Positions 26,237 to 39,664 are shown, counted from the stretch's first letter. The stretch: DNA of 64,000 nucleotides from Hemiscyllium ocellatum (GCF_020745735.1 NC_083426.1:12462001-12526000), one strand, 5' to 3'. A program made the numbers and translations. The notes: generated from the sequence alone by a model not told the origin.

Positions 26237-26247
26237 GAAATGAGGAA
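26237..26247 (+). promoter_or_regulatory. IRF-Ets composite-like motif GAAATGAGGAA, gene B promoter
   Basis: Matches GAAANNNGGAA; about 100 bp upstream of the B ATG. Confidence 0.45.
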
Positions 26248-26576
26248 GAGGATATAGGAAGGCAGTTTCTGAAACTACAGTGAGCCAGATGATGCAAACT
26301 GACCCTGAAGGAATTAGTCTCTTGTCAGTGATGTTTAACAGAAGAACTAAATTACTTTTCATTGAATGAATAGAAAATTCTGAAATCAAAACAGTTCAAG
26401 GGTCAGCTGCTGTGGATAATGGTGACCCAAGCTCATTATTCAGACTGAAATCTCAGCTGCACGAGAAATGGTTCATTCTTCCACGTTAGCAACTTTTGAC
26501 AAAGATTTTGACAAAAATCGTTCTCTTCTTGGAAAATTACTCCTGCAACTAACAATAGAGTTTTTATTAATACGTT

Positions 26577-28330
26577 GTCATGGAGTCATGGCATTACACA
26601 ATATGGAAAAAGACCCTTCGGTCCAACTCGTCCATACCCATAACGCCAAATTAAATGGGTCCCATCTGCTTGCACTGAGCCCAAAGCCTTCAATCATTTA
26701 TTTATACTTATCTAAATGCCTTTTAAATGTTGTAACTCTACCCACAGCCACCACTTCCTCTGGAGGTTCATTCCCCACGTGCACCACTCTCTGTGAAGAA
26801 TTTTTCAAACATTCTCCTTTCAGCTTAGAAATATGGCCCTTCATCTTGAAATCCCTCCTCCAGGGAAAGGACCCCCACCATTCACTTTTTCTGTAAACCT
26901 CATTATTTTATAAAGCTCAATAAAGTCTGCTCTCAACCTCCTACGCTCCATGGAAAAAAGTCCCAGCCTATCCAGCCTCTCCTTGTAATTCAACCCCTCC
27001 ATTCCCAGCAACTCCTGGGAAATCTCTTCTGAATCCTCACCAGCTTAAAAATATTTGTCCTTTTATTTGGAGACCAGAACTGGATAAATCCTCCCGAAGA
27101 GGTCTCACCAAGGTCTCAAATGCAAAAAAAGTCCCAAATCCTATCCTCCAATAAGGTCTGAGCAATAAAGCAAGCAAGCTGAATGCTTTCTTAACCGCCC
27201 TAACAACATGTGATGCCAGCTCCAATTAATTATTAACCAGAATCCCTAGGTCTCTCTGTTCTACAACACTGCCCAAAGCCTACTTTAACTTTTGTCTTTT
27301 TTTGTTTTACCAAAATCCTATACCTCACATTTATCCAAACTAAACTCCATCTGCCACTCTTCAGACCATTGAACCAATTGTCCAAGCTGCCTTTGTAACC
27401 TTAAATAATTTCTTCAGAGTCCACTATACCACCAATCTTGGTGTCATCCACAAATGTACTAACCTTGCCTCCCATATTCATATCTAAAGCTTTTATATAA
27501 ATGACCAACAAATGTGGACTCCGCATTGATCCCTGTGGAACACCACTTGTCATAGGTCTCCAGTCTGAAAAACAACTCTCCACCAATCACTCTCTGTCTC
27601 CTGCCGTTAAGCTAATTTTGGGTCCACTTTGCAAGCTCACCCTAAATCCATGTGATATACCTTTACTAATTAGGCTGCCATGCAGAATCTTGGGAAAGGC
27701 TTTACTCAAGTCCAAGTAAACAATGTCTACTGCTCTGTCCTGATCAGTCTTCTTGATTACTTCCTCAACAAACGCAGTCAAGTTTGTGAGACAGGATTTC
27801 TCTCGCACTAAACTGTGTTGATTATTCCTGATCATTCCTTACCTCACCAAATGCTTTCTGATTCCTACCTTTCATAATCATCTCCAACAACTTACCTCCC
27901 ACCAAAGTTAAATTCTCAGGTGTATACTTGCCAGGCTTCTCCTTACGTCCCTTCTAAAACAAAGGCACAACATTTGTGAGCGGCATGGCAGCACAGTGGT
28001 TAGCACTGCTGCCTCACAGCGCCAGAGACCTGGGTTCAATTCCCGACTCAGGCGACTGACTGTGTGGAGTTTGCCCGTTCTCCCCGTGTCTGTGTGGGTT
28101 TCCTCCGGGTGCTCCGGTTTCCTCCCACAGTCACAAAGATGTGCAGGTCAGGTGAATTGGCCATGCTAAATTGCCCGTAGTGTTCGGTAGGGGGTAAATG
28201 TAGGGGTATGGGTGGGTTGCGCTTCGGCGGGTCGGTGTGGACTTGTTGGCCCGAAGGGCCTGTTTCCACACTGTAAGTAATCTAATCTAATTTGACACTT
28301 CCCAATCATTCGGTACCTCAACAGTATTTC
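26577..28330 (-). mobile_element. Degenerate CR1 LINE interrupted by a SINE
   Basis: WRPMTSGVPQGS, VDDTKIGG remnants. Confidence 0.75.
27978..28291 (+). mobile_element. Young full-length HE1-type V-SINE
   Basis: Complete tRNA head, core and (taatc)n tail. Confidence 0.9.
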
Positions 28331-29560
28331 TAATGATACAAATATGTCAGCAGGTGGTCCCTCAATGTCCCCCTAATTTCCCACGATGTCCAGATCTAGC
28401 ACACTCAGTGTCTGCTGAGTATGAGCACGCAGCTGCACTCCATCACTGTAGCCATTGGTGCTCATCAGTCGATGGGTTTCATAGAGATGTCATTGGCCAA
28501 GTTTTGAGATGATACTCCTTGTCTCCCAGCAGCTATCACTGTATGTCCTGAGACCCGCGGGACGGAGCAGGACCCAGTGACCTCTTTAATATCTCAGTAT
28601 TGTGGGACCTCCCAGTATATCGAAGACATACCTCCAAAATCTGGCATCGATGGTCACATACAGTTTGAGCATTGTTGGAGTGGAAGCTCTTTCTGTTCCC
28701 GAGCTGTGTAAGTTGGTGATGGGTACATTCTGAAAGCAATGTGGGTGCAGCTTCTGCAATCCTGCACCTGGGATGAACCAGTGATGGTGGGGCATTCTCC
28801 TTCCTAGACTGAGTGTCTGTCCCTGTCACAGCTCGGGGACAGATATGAATTGCTGTGATCTGGAGAAAATGACAGCAGAGACAGCTTGACTGCATTTGTG
28901 TGTCGGAGAGTGGGAGATAACACACAGCTGCTCAGTCACTCATTGAAATGTAGGCACTGGCAAGAAAATTCAACGCAAGTGTTGTCCATGTCATACCTCC
29001 ATTGGGATGTCTGAGGTGTGTATCTTCATCCAAAGATTTCGGGCTCCATTGAGGGTGTAGAATTCTGGCAGTAAGTCACAATTATAGTCTCCCCCCTCCT
29101 AAAGAAAAGGTACCTTTACACAATGCAGACTACAGGTTGTTCTGCTACAATGCGTGGTTCATCCACTTGAATTGGCTGTAACATGATTGACGAATTGAGG
29201 ATGCTGTTTCTAAAGAGCAAACTTTTAAAACAGTTTAAAAGTTCTGAAACTTTTGAACAGCCAACACTTTAAGCACTATTTCTTAAGCATGATTTTCCTA
29301 TGACATGGGCTTGCACAAGAACACTAACATCACGTTATGGAAGAATTGACTGTATTTCCTCACAGACATAGAATTCTGTGTGAGAATTGCTGTCTTCCAC
29401 TGTTTGCTGTGCAGTGCATCACAGAAATACCAAACCCAAGTGACACTTTAAAATTATCTTGACTGATTACATTTACCTTGCTAATAAAGCCCTGAGGGTG
29501 AACAATGTTGTTGTCATTGATTGCTTGAGGCCATAGCCTCTAATGTTTATTTCTGGACCT

Positions 29561-30554
29561 TAGCGAGTTTTGAGAAGATTTGTAGCCCAGGTTGAGGTTT
29601 TGGATGTAGGTTTGCTCGCTGAGCTGGAAGGTTCATTTCCAGACGTTTTGTCACCCTAGTAGGTAACATCTTCATTAGGCCTCAGGCAAAGCACTGCTGA
29701 TAATTCTTGCTTTCTATTTATATGTTTGGGTTAGCAGATGTCATTTCCTGGGGTGAAGTCACTTCCTGTTCCTTTGCTTAGAGGATGGAGATGGGGTCTA
29801 ACTCGATGTGTTTGTTGATAGAGTTCCAGTTGGAATGCCATGCTTCTAGGAATTCTCATGCGTGTCTTTGTTTGGCTTGTCCTAGGATGGATGTATTGTC
29901 CCACTCAAAGTGCTGTGCTTCCTCATCCGAATGTGAGGATACTAGTGAGAGAGAGTCATTTTTTTGTGGCTAGTTGGTGTTCATGTATCATGGTGGCTAG
30001 TTTTCTGCCCAATTGTCCAATGTAGTGTTTGCTGCAGTCCTTGCACAGAATTTTGTAAATGACATTAGCTTTGCTTGTTGTCTGTATAGGATCTTTCAAG
30101 TTCATTAGCTGTTGTTTCAGTGTGTTGGTGGGTTTGTGGGCTACCATGATGCCAAGGGGTCTGAGTAGTCTGGCAGTTATTTCTGAGATGTCTTTGATGT
30201 AAGGGAGAGTAGCTAGGATTTCTGGACGTGTTTTGTCTGCTTGTTGGCAGACTGTGTTCATTGGGTACCCATTTTTTTAGAATACACAGTATAGATGATT
30301 TTCCTCTGCTCTGTGTATTTACGCTGTGCTGCAATATGTGTTGGCTCATTGAAATAATATTCTGACACAGCTTGATACAGTGTGATATAGGAAGTGACTT
30401 CACCACATGAAATGACATCACCAACCTAAAGAAACGCAAACATATAAATAGAAAGCAGGAATTTCTGCAGTGAGGCCCACCAGGCCATACCGGGTAGGGT
30501 GGCAAATGTCTGGAAATGAACCTTCCAGCTCAGCGAACAAACCTCCATCCAAAA
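29561..30554 (-). mobile_element. Penelope-like element (H3) with GIY-YIG endonuclease remnant and inverted pLTR
   Basis: ORF LPYIKDISE..VIYKILCKDCSKHYIGQLGRKL..HEH; 29561-29765 inverted at 30385-30554; empty site near 15290. Confidence 0.88.
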
Positions 30555-31554
30555 TGAGTGACCTGTTGTTGAAGTGTAATTTGATGCCAGTGATAGGATT
30601 GAATCAGTGGATGCATGGTGGATGCAATTGCCCCTTCAAATTCATAGAATTTTACTCCTGTCCCCCCCCCCCCACCACTTCCCCCTTATCCTCCCTGTCC
30701 AAAATATGAATAACTGACTCCACCCCCACTCTGCAATTGGGTGTCTATCATTTTACGCAGTTATTGTGCAGCGACTGGGTCAGGATGGGTGAAGTGTCAA
30801 CTGAGTGTTTTTGTGAGAAAAGCAGAAATAGCTGGAGAAATTCAGCAGATCTGGGGACATCTGTGGGGAGAAAGCAAGGTTAATGTTTTGGATCCAGTGA
30901 GCATTTTTCAAACTATTAGTGGGTTCGATAAGGTGCTCCACATACTGCAGACACAGGGAGTGGGGTGTTTCTGTGAATTAACAGCAGACTCTACCTGTGA
31001 TGCAGAATGACCCTTCTTTCTCTCTTTATTGTTGCTGTCCCTGTGGATCCAATGATCTTTTGTCACCTCACCGTTTCTGTTCATCCTCTCTCTATAGCCA
31101 TTGTGTCCCTAATTTCCCATCAGAGCCATGTCTTTGAGAATTACAAAGCCCTTAAGGGCCCCAACCCTCCCCATGTGAAGGACAAAGTGTCAGTGACCTG
31201 GGATAACCCACATCCTGCTGCTCTCTGACACCTCCTGTTCTGTGAGAACCCCCGAAAGAGTGATTGTATGTTTTATTTCCTCTTTAGACCAGATCAGGTT
31301 CAGGTTTCTTTATTAGGTATTTATTAATGCATGCCTGGGAGCTATACAGATCAAAAAATGGTGAATGTGTGATATCTTTAGGACAGCAACAAAGATTTTA
31401 TTCTATGCTGTTCTATCTCTAACAGCATTGTCAGGATGACATTGACGTGGAATGGTGCCATAGATCTATATGCCAACCCCCCTTTCTACTCAGTGCCTTC
31501 CATTGTGACAGGCTGTCACCTTTGAACTCTGAGGTAAGACACAATGCAGCTCCC

Positions 31555-31687
31555 AGAGACTGGAAGCCTGCACCTTACAGTGACAGGGCTCTGTGTTTAA
31601 CTGAGATGGAAAGCACAGAGACTGGAAGCTTGCAGCTTACAGTGACAGGGCTCTGTGTTTAACTGAGATGGAAAGCACAGAGACTGG
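31555..31687. repeat. 62-bp tandem duplication
   Basis: cttacagtgacagggctctgtgtttaactgagatggaaagcacagagactgg at 31574 and 31636; single copy near 45810. Confidence 0.85.
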
Positions 31688-33785
31688 CAGCCCGCAAGCA
31701 ACTGTCCCAGAGCTCCACATCCAACTGGTGCGAGAGCTGGACCAAGAGCAGGTCTGGTGATGAGGGGAAGGCTGGCGGTTTGCCCATGATGACTTGAGTG
31801 GACATTGAGTGGAGGAGAATTGTCTCCAGGGAGTGTGCAGGGATATGGTGGTGAAGTCAGATGAAGTCTGGGTGATGTTAGAGACAAGCAATCAGTGAGT
31901 AGCATTCACCAAGTCGCTGCTGTGATTAACACACTGGGAACTTGCACTGCCTCATTTTTGGGGCAAGGGAAGAATTTGGAAATTGTGAATAAATACTGAG
32001 TATTCGGTTAATAATGAGATTCAAATGCATGGACATAAGTTGGTCTGATCTCAGTCATGAGATTCTGAAGTTGCCGTTTATACACTTGAAGAGAAAATTG
32101 GAAAATCATTTCTCGATGAGAAATTCTTTGTGTATTTTCCCAACTTCTTGGAATTTTCCACATCGTTCTAGGAAGGGAAAAACCGACCCATCTCCCTCTT
32201 TCTCTGTGAGAGTCTCCCATTCTCGTTTAAAATGGATATTGCTCTATCACACAGAAAAGTGGGAGGTATCATTGGAGACACTGTTTCTAGTGAATGAGTA
32301 ATGCGAATTGCTTATTTCTTAAAGAAAGAGACTCCTATTGCCATACATCACGACAAAATAAAACGTGAAGTATAAATCTGCAATGTTACATTGCACAAAT
32401 AAATTTTAATCAAACGTAGATATTCAAAGTAGCGGTTCCAGTGATCATTTCAGTCGCTGGTTCTTCTTCCACTCCATTAATGGAAAATTATTTTCTGACA
32501 AAATTTCATTTCTCACACAGAATTAAGAAAAGAAATGTGCAATGTGAGACAATGTGAGAAAAATAATGAATATTCAAACAAATTGCAAAATTGCAGCTAG
32601 TGTCAAAGGAGCAGAAAGTCTTTATTTTCCAACACTGGTCAAGGTGAGAGCATCAGATTCAATGAATAACTGAAAAGAAATATCAGATACATTGAGACAG
32701 AGCGTGATGCCTTATTGTTCATGTTAGTTTTGATTTAAAGTCTGGACATGGCAATGAACTGAGCAAAGCTCGAGATGAACTGGAGCTATGTCCAGATCAC
32801 ACTCCTCCTTCCCCATCACCTACTGCACATGTGCTGGGAAAATAATCCAGAATAATTCCACTCTAAAACATGAACCATCATTTTATCAGAGAGAGTTAAT
32901 GTTTCCCTGTAGTGAAGCTGGTGAGCAGTTACCACAGAAGTAGGTTAAGACATACAACATAGCAGCAATTACAGTCCAATCAACATCAAGTTTGATCAGG
33001 TATACAGTGAGATCATGGGTGATCTGATAACCTTCAATCTCACTTTCCTGCCTGTTCCCCATCATTGTGATTTACTGACTGATTAAACACCAGACTATCT
33101 CAGCCTTGAGTGTACTTAATGGCACAGCCTCATCAATCCACTTTGTTAACTAATTCTATAAATTCACAATCACCTTAGAGATATAAATTCTCCTCATTTC
33201 AGTCTGAAATGTATGACCCCTTGATCTGAGATGATGCCGTCTGGTCCTAGACACACTCCGTCAAGTCCTCTCCACAGAAAATAGTCCCTCCATACCTTAA
33301 TTCAGCCTATTGTCCAACCTTGATCCCTCCTGAGGACATAAAAGATTGAAGATGCTCTGTACAATACCATTATACAATGTTTTTGAAATACGGTCATGGA
33401 GAGAGATGAGGCAGGATCAGAGTTGGCCGTTCTGACCCTTAAGCTCCTTCAGTATTCACCTGGATCATTGCAGATCATCTCCCTGAATATCATTTTTCTT
33501 GCACTAGCTCAAGTCCCTCTACAATATATCTTCATTACCCAGAGCATTATTGATCTCTGTTTTGAATATACCCAAGGCTGGAGCCTCCAGAGCTCTCTGG
33601 GGCAGAGAATTCCAACAAACCATCACCCTCTGAGTGAAGAAATTCCTGTTCATCTCAGTCCCAAATGGTCAACCCATTCTTCTCAAACTGTGTCTCCTGC
33701 TTCGAAACCCCTCCACCCAGGGCCACCTCATTGATGGGGAACTTAGAGTGCTCAAAATCATTCTTGTAAAGGCCATGATGCTCAC

Positions 33786-33876
33786 CTAATGTTTTCGTGT
33801 AAGTATTGTGACTGAAACAGAACAAATCACCAGGAGAGTGAAGAGTACCCAATGCATCACATCCCAGGCAACGTAA
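33786..33876 (-). CDS. Gene A' TM exon (YVAWDVMHWVLFTLLVICSVSVTILTRKH*)
   Basis: 91 nt; Arg replaced by His. Confidence 0.83.
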
Positions 33877-34739
33877 CTGTGTAAAACAGAAGAAATACAA
33901 AATCATTTGAAGGAAACAAGACTGCATCATGTTTCAAACATTTATCCCCTGTTTATACTGCAGTATATTGTACCAAAGTAAAGCAGCACTACCAAAGGAA
34001 TGAAATGGGAAAACTAAATTACAGTTTAATTTATGAATGACCTGAACAATGTATAAAGACCAAATGCAACAAGTTTCAGTGCCACGTCCTGTCATGCTCA
34101 GCATCTTGTTGTCAATGAGGATTATTAGATGTGGATGGATATTTGCAGGAGCACTGCAGTCTGGTGTAATATTCCAGTGGGTGAGAAGTCTCTTCAGTCA
34201 GTGAGGAACTCAGAATAGCATCATCCCACACTGCTCCTGCACCTTCTAACAGGCAAGGCTTAACCAACTAGAACCAGACAGCCTCCCACCCTCTCAGTTT
34301 GGGAATAATGTTTAACATGAGAGAATGGAGGAGGAGAAGGTGACAGAATGTAATGTCCCTGGCAGTGATACTCCAGACACCCTGACTCAACAAAATCTGT
34401 CACTTCTTTGAAAAATACATTTAACCTGGGACGTGGCAGGCAGATAATTGGCACTTCATTTGATGAATTTCTAATAACATAAATAGCAACATTGTAAATG
34501 TTATGATGTGGAAATTGAACCCCTCTGCCAATTAACACTAAAATTAAAACACCCAGAAAAGCTCACCTGAAGCTCACAGTAAGGAAGTGAACATAATAAT
34601 ATTGTATAAAATGAGTGATCGTTTCCATTCTGATAAATCATTGTCTGAAACTGAAAGTCATTGAAAGCTTTTATGCTGAATCACTTATTCTCACTCGGAA
34701 TCAATGCTAATGGAAATATCAACAATGAAATTGTTCTAC

Positions 34740-34836
34740 CTTTGACTGACAGACTTGGGCCCTGAAGATGTTCTTGTTGCTGTTGGTGATGTTGTTGGTG
34801 ATATTGTTGAGGAATTGTCACAAGTATATTCCCTTC
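34740..34836 (-). CDS. Gene A' stalk exon (GREYTCDNSSTISPTTSPTATRTSSGPKSVSQ)
   Basis: 97 nt, phase 1-2, canonical sites. Confidence 0.83.
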
Positions 34837-35049
34837 CTGTTGAGACATAAGGTAATATTCAGCTTCAACTGAGTCTCACTTATAGAACATTTCTGTGATC
34901 CAGGTCCTTCGGGTGACCATCCTCCAAGGCAGACTTCGGGACAGGCAGCAGCGAAAAGTGGCTGAGCAGAGGCTGATAGCTAAGTTCGGTACCCATAGGG
35001 AGGGCCTCAACAGGGACCTTGGGTTCATATCACACTGCAGGTGATCACC

Positions 35050-35430
35050 TTGCATTATACACACACACAGACACTCCTATACACACACAAATGCACAGAC
35101 ACACCTATACATAGACACACACACAGACACTCACATACACTCCTACAGACACACACACTCCCACACTCACATGTACCCTGTCGCTGACCTAGACCCCTTT
35201 ACACTCACACACATATTCACTCTCTCACCGACACTCACAACCCCCCAACCCAGACACACACACAAACACACACATACTCCTACAGACACACACCCTCCCA
35301 CACTCACACATGCACACTCTCACAGACTTAGACCCATTTACACTCACACACACATATACACTCTCTCTCACAGACACTCACAACCCCCCACCCCAGACAC
35401 ACACAAAAACCCACATGCACACATGCACAT
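35050..35430. repeat. CA-rich low-complexity tract
   Basis: (CA)n with interruptions. Confidence 0.85.
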
Positions 35431-35815
35431 ATACGTTTGTGGGGAGAATTTATACTTGCAGAGTTACATTGAACTTTGCTCAAAAACTGCATGAATCCAT
35501 GTAAGACTCTGTTAACTCACTTTTTAGATTAGAATCAGTCTAAACATGATGTCACAGCCAACAGAACACAGGGGGCTAACACCTTCAACATCTTAACATC
35601 TTATCTGGGCTGACCCCAATTGTTACAGTTTAGCTGAGAATGTAAAGTTTTTTTATAAATTGTGATTTACTGATGAAAGAAGTGAAACTATCATGGTCAT
35701 TCCAACAGATGAGAGACTTAAACAATCAAGGTATTTTTCAACGTATAATTTCAGTTACATCACAATGTAAACTTTTGCTATAAATTCTGAGTCTTACAAT
35801 TGTGTCCTCCACAAC

Positions 35816-35850
35816 CACCTGATGAAGGAGCAGTGCTCTGAAAGCTAGTG
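35816..35850 (+). ncRNA. Minimal type I hammerhead ribozyme motif (H2)
   Basis: CAC-CTGATGA-A-GGAGC-AGT-GCTCT-GAAA-G-CTA-GTG; helix I CAC/GTG, palindromic AGCT helix III. Confidence 0.7.
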
Positions 35851-36884
35851 CTTCCAATTAAATCTGTTGGATTATAACCTGGTGTTGTGTGATTTTTAGG
35901 TGTTGTGTGACTTTTAGCTTTGTACACTCCAGTCCAACACCAGCATCTCCAAATCATGACCAAGAGAGCACCCTTCAAAAAAAGGACCTCAGGACTTGTT
36001 GTGAATAATGGATTTTGTTGAATTAATTTTGTTATAAATCCCCAAGTCTGGCAAATGTGGTAGTGACCTATTTTGTACATAATTGGTATTTTGTTCCTCA
36101 TCTGGACATTGATGCATTAAAGCATTCTTATTAAAGCATTTGAAAAGCCGAAGTTGGGTAGGACTACATTACTAAGATCTCCTTTCTCCTCATTGTCAAA
36201 CATAGAAGAAAGTTCCAGCCACTGAGCTGGTCACTGCTCCCGCTGGACAATGTATTCCTGGGGGATCCAGCAGCCCCTGCTCTGCCCAGTAATGTCCTGT
36301 GATTGCTGGGTGAGCTTCCACTGGGACTTTTGCCTCCACTATTGTATTTAGACCCAATGATGTCATCTTTACGTTAGTTCCTGTTACATGAGAACAAGGC
36401 GTGGATGTTGTCGTACTGACAAATCAAAAGGTATGGAGAACAGTGTCTGGCCTAAACATACCTCACGGCCACTGGCACTCCAGGGTCTGGGTTACAACTG
36501 AGGTATTCAGTTACATACAGTGACACCCGTCCATCAGCATGTCATGCCTGATGTGACCCTGACTAAGATGGAGTCTGACACCATTATTCCCTCAGGTCAT
36601 GCTATGATACAGTGATGAACTTTATCTATTAAAGGTATAACACACACAAGCTGTGAGATGTAACACAAAGCTGGAATGAAGCATTTATGCATTTTCTGGA
36701 GCTTTATTACAATTTTGTCCATTTTCAAAAATAAATTAACACCTTGTCCAAAATTGTTCAAACATCAAAGAAACGTGATGTGATGAGGTGCAGTTATTTG
36801 TAAGTATGAAAGAAACTTAACCAATGAGCAGTTTGAATAAACATTGAATAAAAGTGTCAGCCTCAGTGTTTGTAGGAAACTTAC

Positions 36885-37207
36885 CGATGCTGCTGATTTA
36901 TATCATGGAACTACAGCCCCTTCCTGCTTCACTGGGAACTGAGACATGATCCATTTCACTGGGTTTTGTTCCCTGAGTTTTTGAGGCTGTGCAGTAATAT
37001 TGATGATGTTGTTGTGTGAAGGATTGACAATGTAGATCCAGTTTATTGGTGTCAGAGATCATTGAATCGGGAAATGGGTCTTCACAGGCCATGTGTAATG
37101 AATGGGGAGGGACCCCTGGGCAGACTCACAGGAGACTGTCTTTGAACCCCCAGACCGTGAGATAATTGGTTGGGATTAAAATTGAAGTCCAGGAACAGAG
37201 TTGGCTT
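36885..37207 (-). pseudogene. Gene A' C2b pseudo-exon
   Basis: Acceptor ttcccaaag intact; TAA at codon 11. Confidence 0.78.
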
Positions 37208-38603
37208 CTTTGGGAAATAAACATTTATTACAAAACTGACTGTAATTGAAGAACCAAAAACCTCCACCACTTTGCCCTTCGCTATCCCATTTAGTGTCGT
37301 AGACTCATATGGCACAGAAATAGACCCTTAAGGTTAATACGTCCATGCCAAACAAGTTTCTCAAAATACACCAGTCCCACTTGCCTGCATTTGGCCTATA
37401 TCCCTCCAAATCTTTCTTATTCATATGCTGATCCAAATTTTTTTTAACATTGCAACTGCCCCTTCATCTCCCATGACCTCTGGCAGCTCATTCCACATAT
37501 GAGCCACCCTCTGTGTGAGAATGTTGCCCCTCAGGTTCATTTCACATTTTCCTCCTCTCACTGTGAAAACATGACCCCTCACTTTGAACTCTCCCAGCCT
37601 CGTGAAAGAAACCCTTGCTAAACACCTAATCGAGATCCCTCAAGATTTTATAAACCTTGATAAAGTCACCATCTAACCTCCTCCGCTCCATGGGAAAAAG
37701 TCCCAGCCTATCCTTATTACTCAAACCCTCCAGTCACAGCAACATCTTAGGAAATCTTTTCTGAAACCTCTTCAATTTAATAATAACCTTCCTGAAGCAG
37801 GATGCCTCGAACTGTGCACATTAAACCAAAAGTGGCCTCGCCATCGTTCTATACAAGTGTAATGTGATGTTCCAACTCCTACACCTAATGTTCTGAGCAA
37901 TGATGGTAAACATGCTAAATGCCTTCTTAACCACCCTGTCTACTTCTGATGCAAATTTCAAAGATTCCCTGGGTCTCTCTGTTCAGCAGCACTACCCAGG
38001 GCCCTACTTTTAATTGGATTAGTCCATTCCTTATTTGTTCTACCAAAAACCTTTAGCTCACGTTGATCCAAGTTAAATTCCATCTGCCACTCCTCAGCCC
38101 ATTGATTCAATTGGTCAAGATCCCTTTGCAATCATAGATAACCTTTGTCACTGTCAACAATACCACCAATTTTGGTGTCATCCATAAACTTATGAGCCAT
38201 GCCTTCTAAATTCTCATTCAAATCATTTATATAAATTACACCGATCCCTGCAGAACACCACTGATCACAGGCCTCCAAACCCAACAAATGACCCTCCACC
38301 ATCACCCTCTGTCTCCTGCCATCAAGCTAATTTTGTATTCAATTTGCAAGCTCACCCTGAATCCCACGTGATCTAACTTTACAAATTAGTCGAGAATGTG
38401 GAAACCTCATGGAGATAACAAATACTGTTCTGCCTCATCAATCTTATCGCTGACATCCTGAAGAAATGTAACCAAGTTTGTGATGCACAATTTTCCACAT
38501 ACTATCCCTAATGTGTTTGTGCCTCTGCAAATGCATATAAATCTGATCTCTCAATATTGCCTTCAACAACTAACCGCTGATGTCAGACCCACAGATCCAT
38601 AAT

Positions 38604-38740
38604 AGGAGAAACTGAGGACTGCAGAAGCTGGCGATCAGAGCTGAAAATGTGTTGCTGGAAAAGCGCAGCAGTCAGACAGCATCCAAGGAGCAGGAGAGTC
38701 GATGTTTCGGGCATGAGCCCTTTATCAGGAAGTAAGTTCA
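38604..38740 (-). mobile_element. H1 mini-element, degenerate core
   Basis: 15-bp TSD CCACAGATCCATAAT (38589-38603 / 38741-38755). Confidence 0.82.
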
Positions 38741-39208
38741 CCACAGATCCATAATGCCCATGCTTCTCCATTCCGCCTTTCTGAAATGAAGGTATAACAT
38801 TCGCCAAATTCCAGCCCTCCGCAATCTCACCTGTGACGGTGGATGATGCAAATAGCTCAACTATGGGCCTCTCAACTTCTTCCCAAATTTCCCACACTGT
38901 CCTGGGAGACACTTGATTGGGTTCTGGAGATTTATGCATTGTTATGTATTTTAAAACTTTCAGCACTTCCTCTTCTGTAATATGGACTGTTTTCATGACA
39001 TCAATATTTAGTTCCCTGTGTTCCCTAATCTCCATGTAAAATATTCAAAATATTTGTTTAGTATCTCCCCCATTTGTGATGTACTTGGTTGAAGGAAGCA
39101 AATGGCTGTAATGCAGCAATGGAGTTTTGCAATGTTTCTCCAGGCTGTGGGCAGGATGTTATGTACCTGCTCATTTTCAAAGTACAGTATTGTTTGCATC
39201 ACACTTAC

Positions 39209-39533
39209 CGATGCTGTTGATCTGTATCCTATAACTGCAGTTCTTCTCTCTTACATTGTGGACTGACACATGAACCATTTCACTGGGTTTTGTTCCCTGA
39301 GTATTTGAGGCTGTGCAGTAATATTGATGATGTTGCTGTGTGAAGGATTGACAATGTAGATCCAGTTTATTGGTGTCAGAGATCATTGAATCTTGAGATG
39401 GCATCTTCTCAGACCATGTGTAGTGAATGGGGAGGGATCCCTGGGCAGATTCACAGGAGACTGTCACTGACCCCCCCAGAACATGAGACATTTGGTTGGG
39501 ATAAAAATCGAAGCCCAGGAACAGAGACGGCTT
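39209..39533 (-). pseudogene. Gene A' C2a exon with +1 frameshift
   Basis: 325 nt; 7-G run near 39471-39477; otherwise open. Confidence 0.78.
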
Positions 39534-39664
39534 CTGTGGGAAAGAGATAATTATTCTGTGAGAAAAATCAAATATCCTCCAACACTGCCACTTTTCTTCC
39601 TGCATAAAACACTGTTCGGGCATATCAGCAGAGAGTATTTTTAAAAAATTACTGAGACATTTAC

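Larger units (their letters stand above)
34881..35958 (+). mobile_element. Penelope-like element 3' part (H2): GIY-YIG C-terminus, CA-rich tract, pLTR
   Basis: LRVTILQGRLRDRQQRKVAEQRLIAKFGTHREGLNRDLGF; absent at the paralogous site near 5740. Confidence 0.82.

Noticed and set aside
27978-28060. tRNA-like sequences, also at 23608 and 17830
   Set aside because: They are SINE heads continuing into core and tail sequence, not tRNA genes
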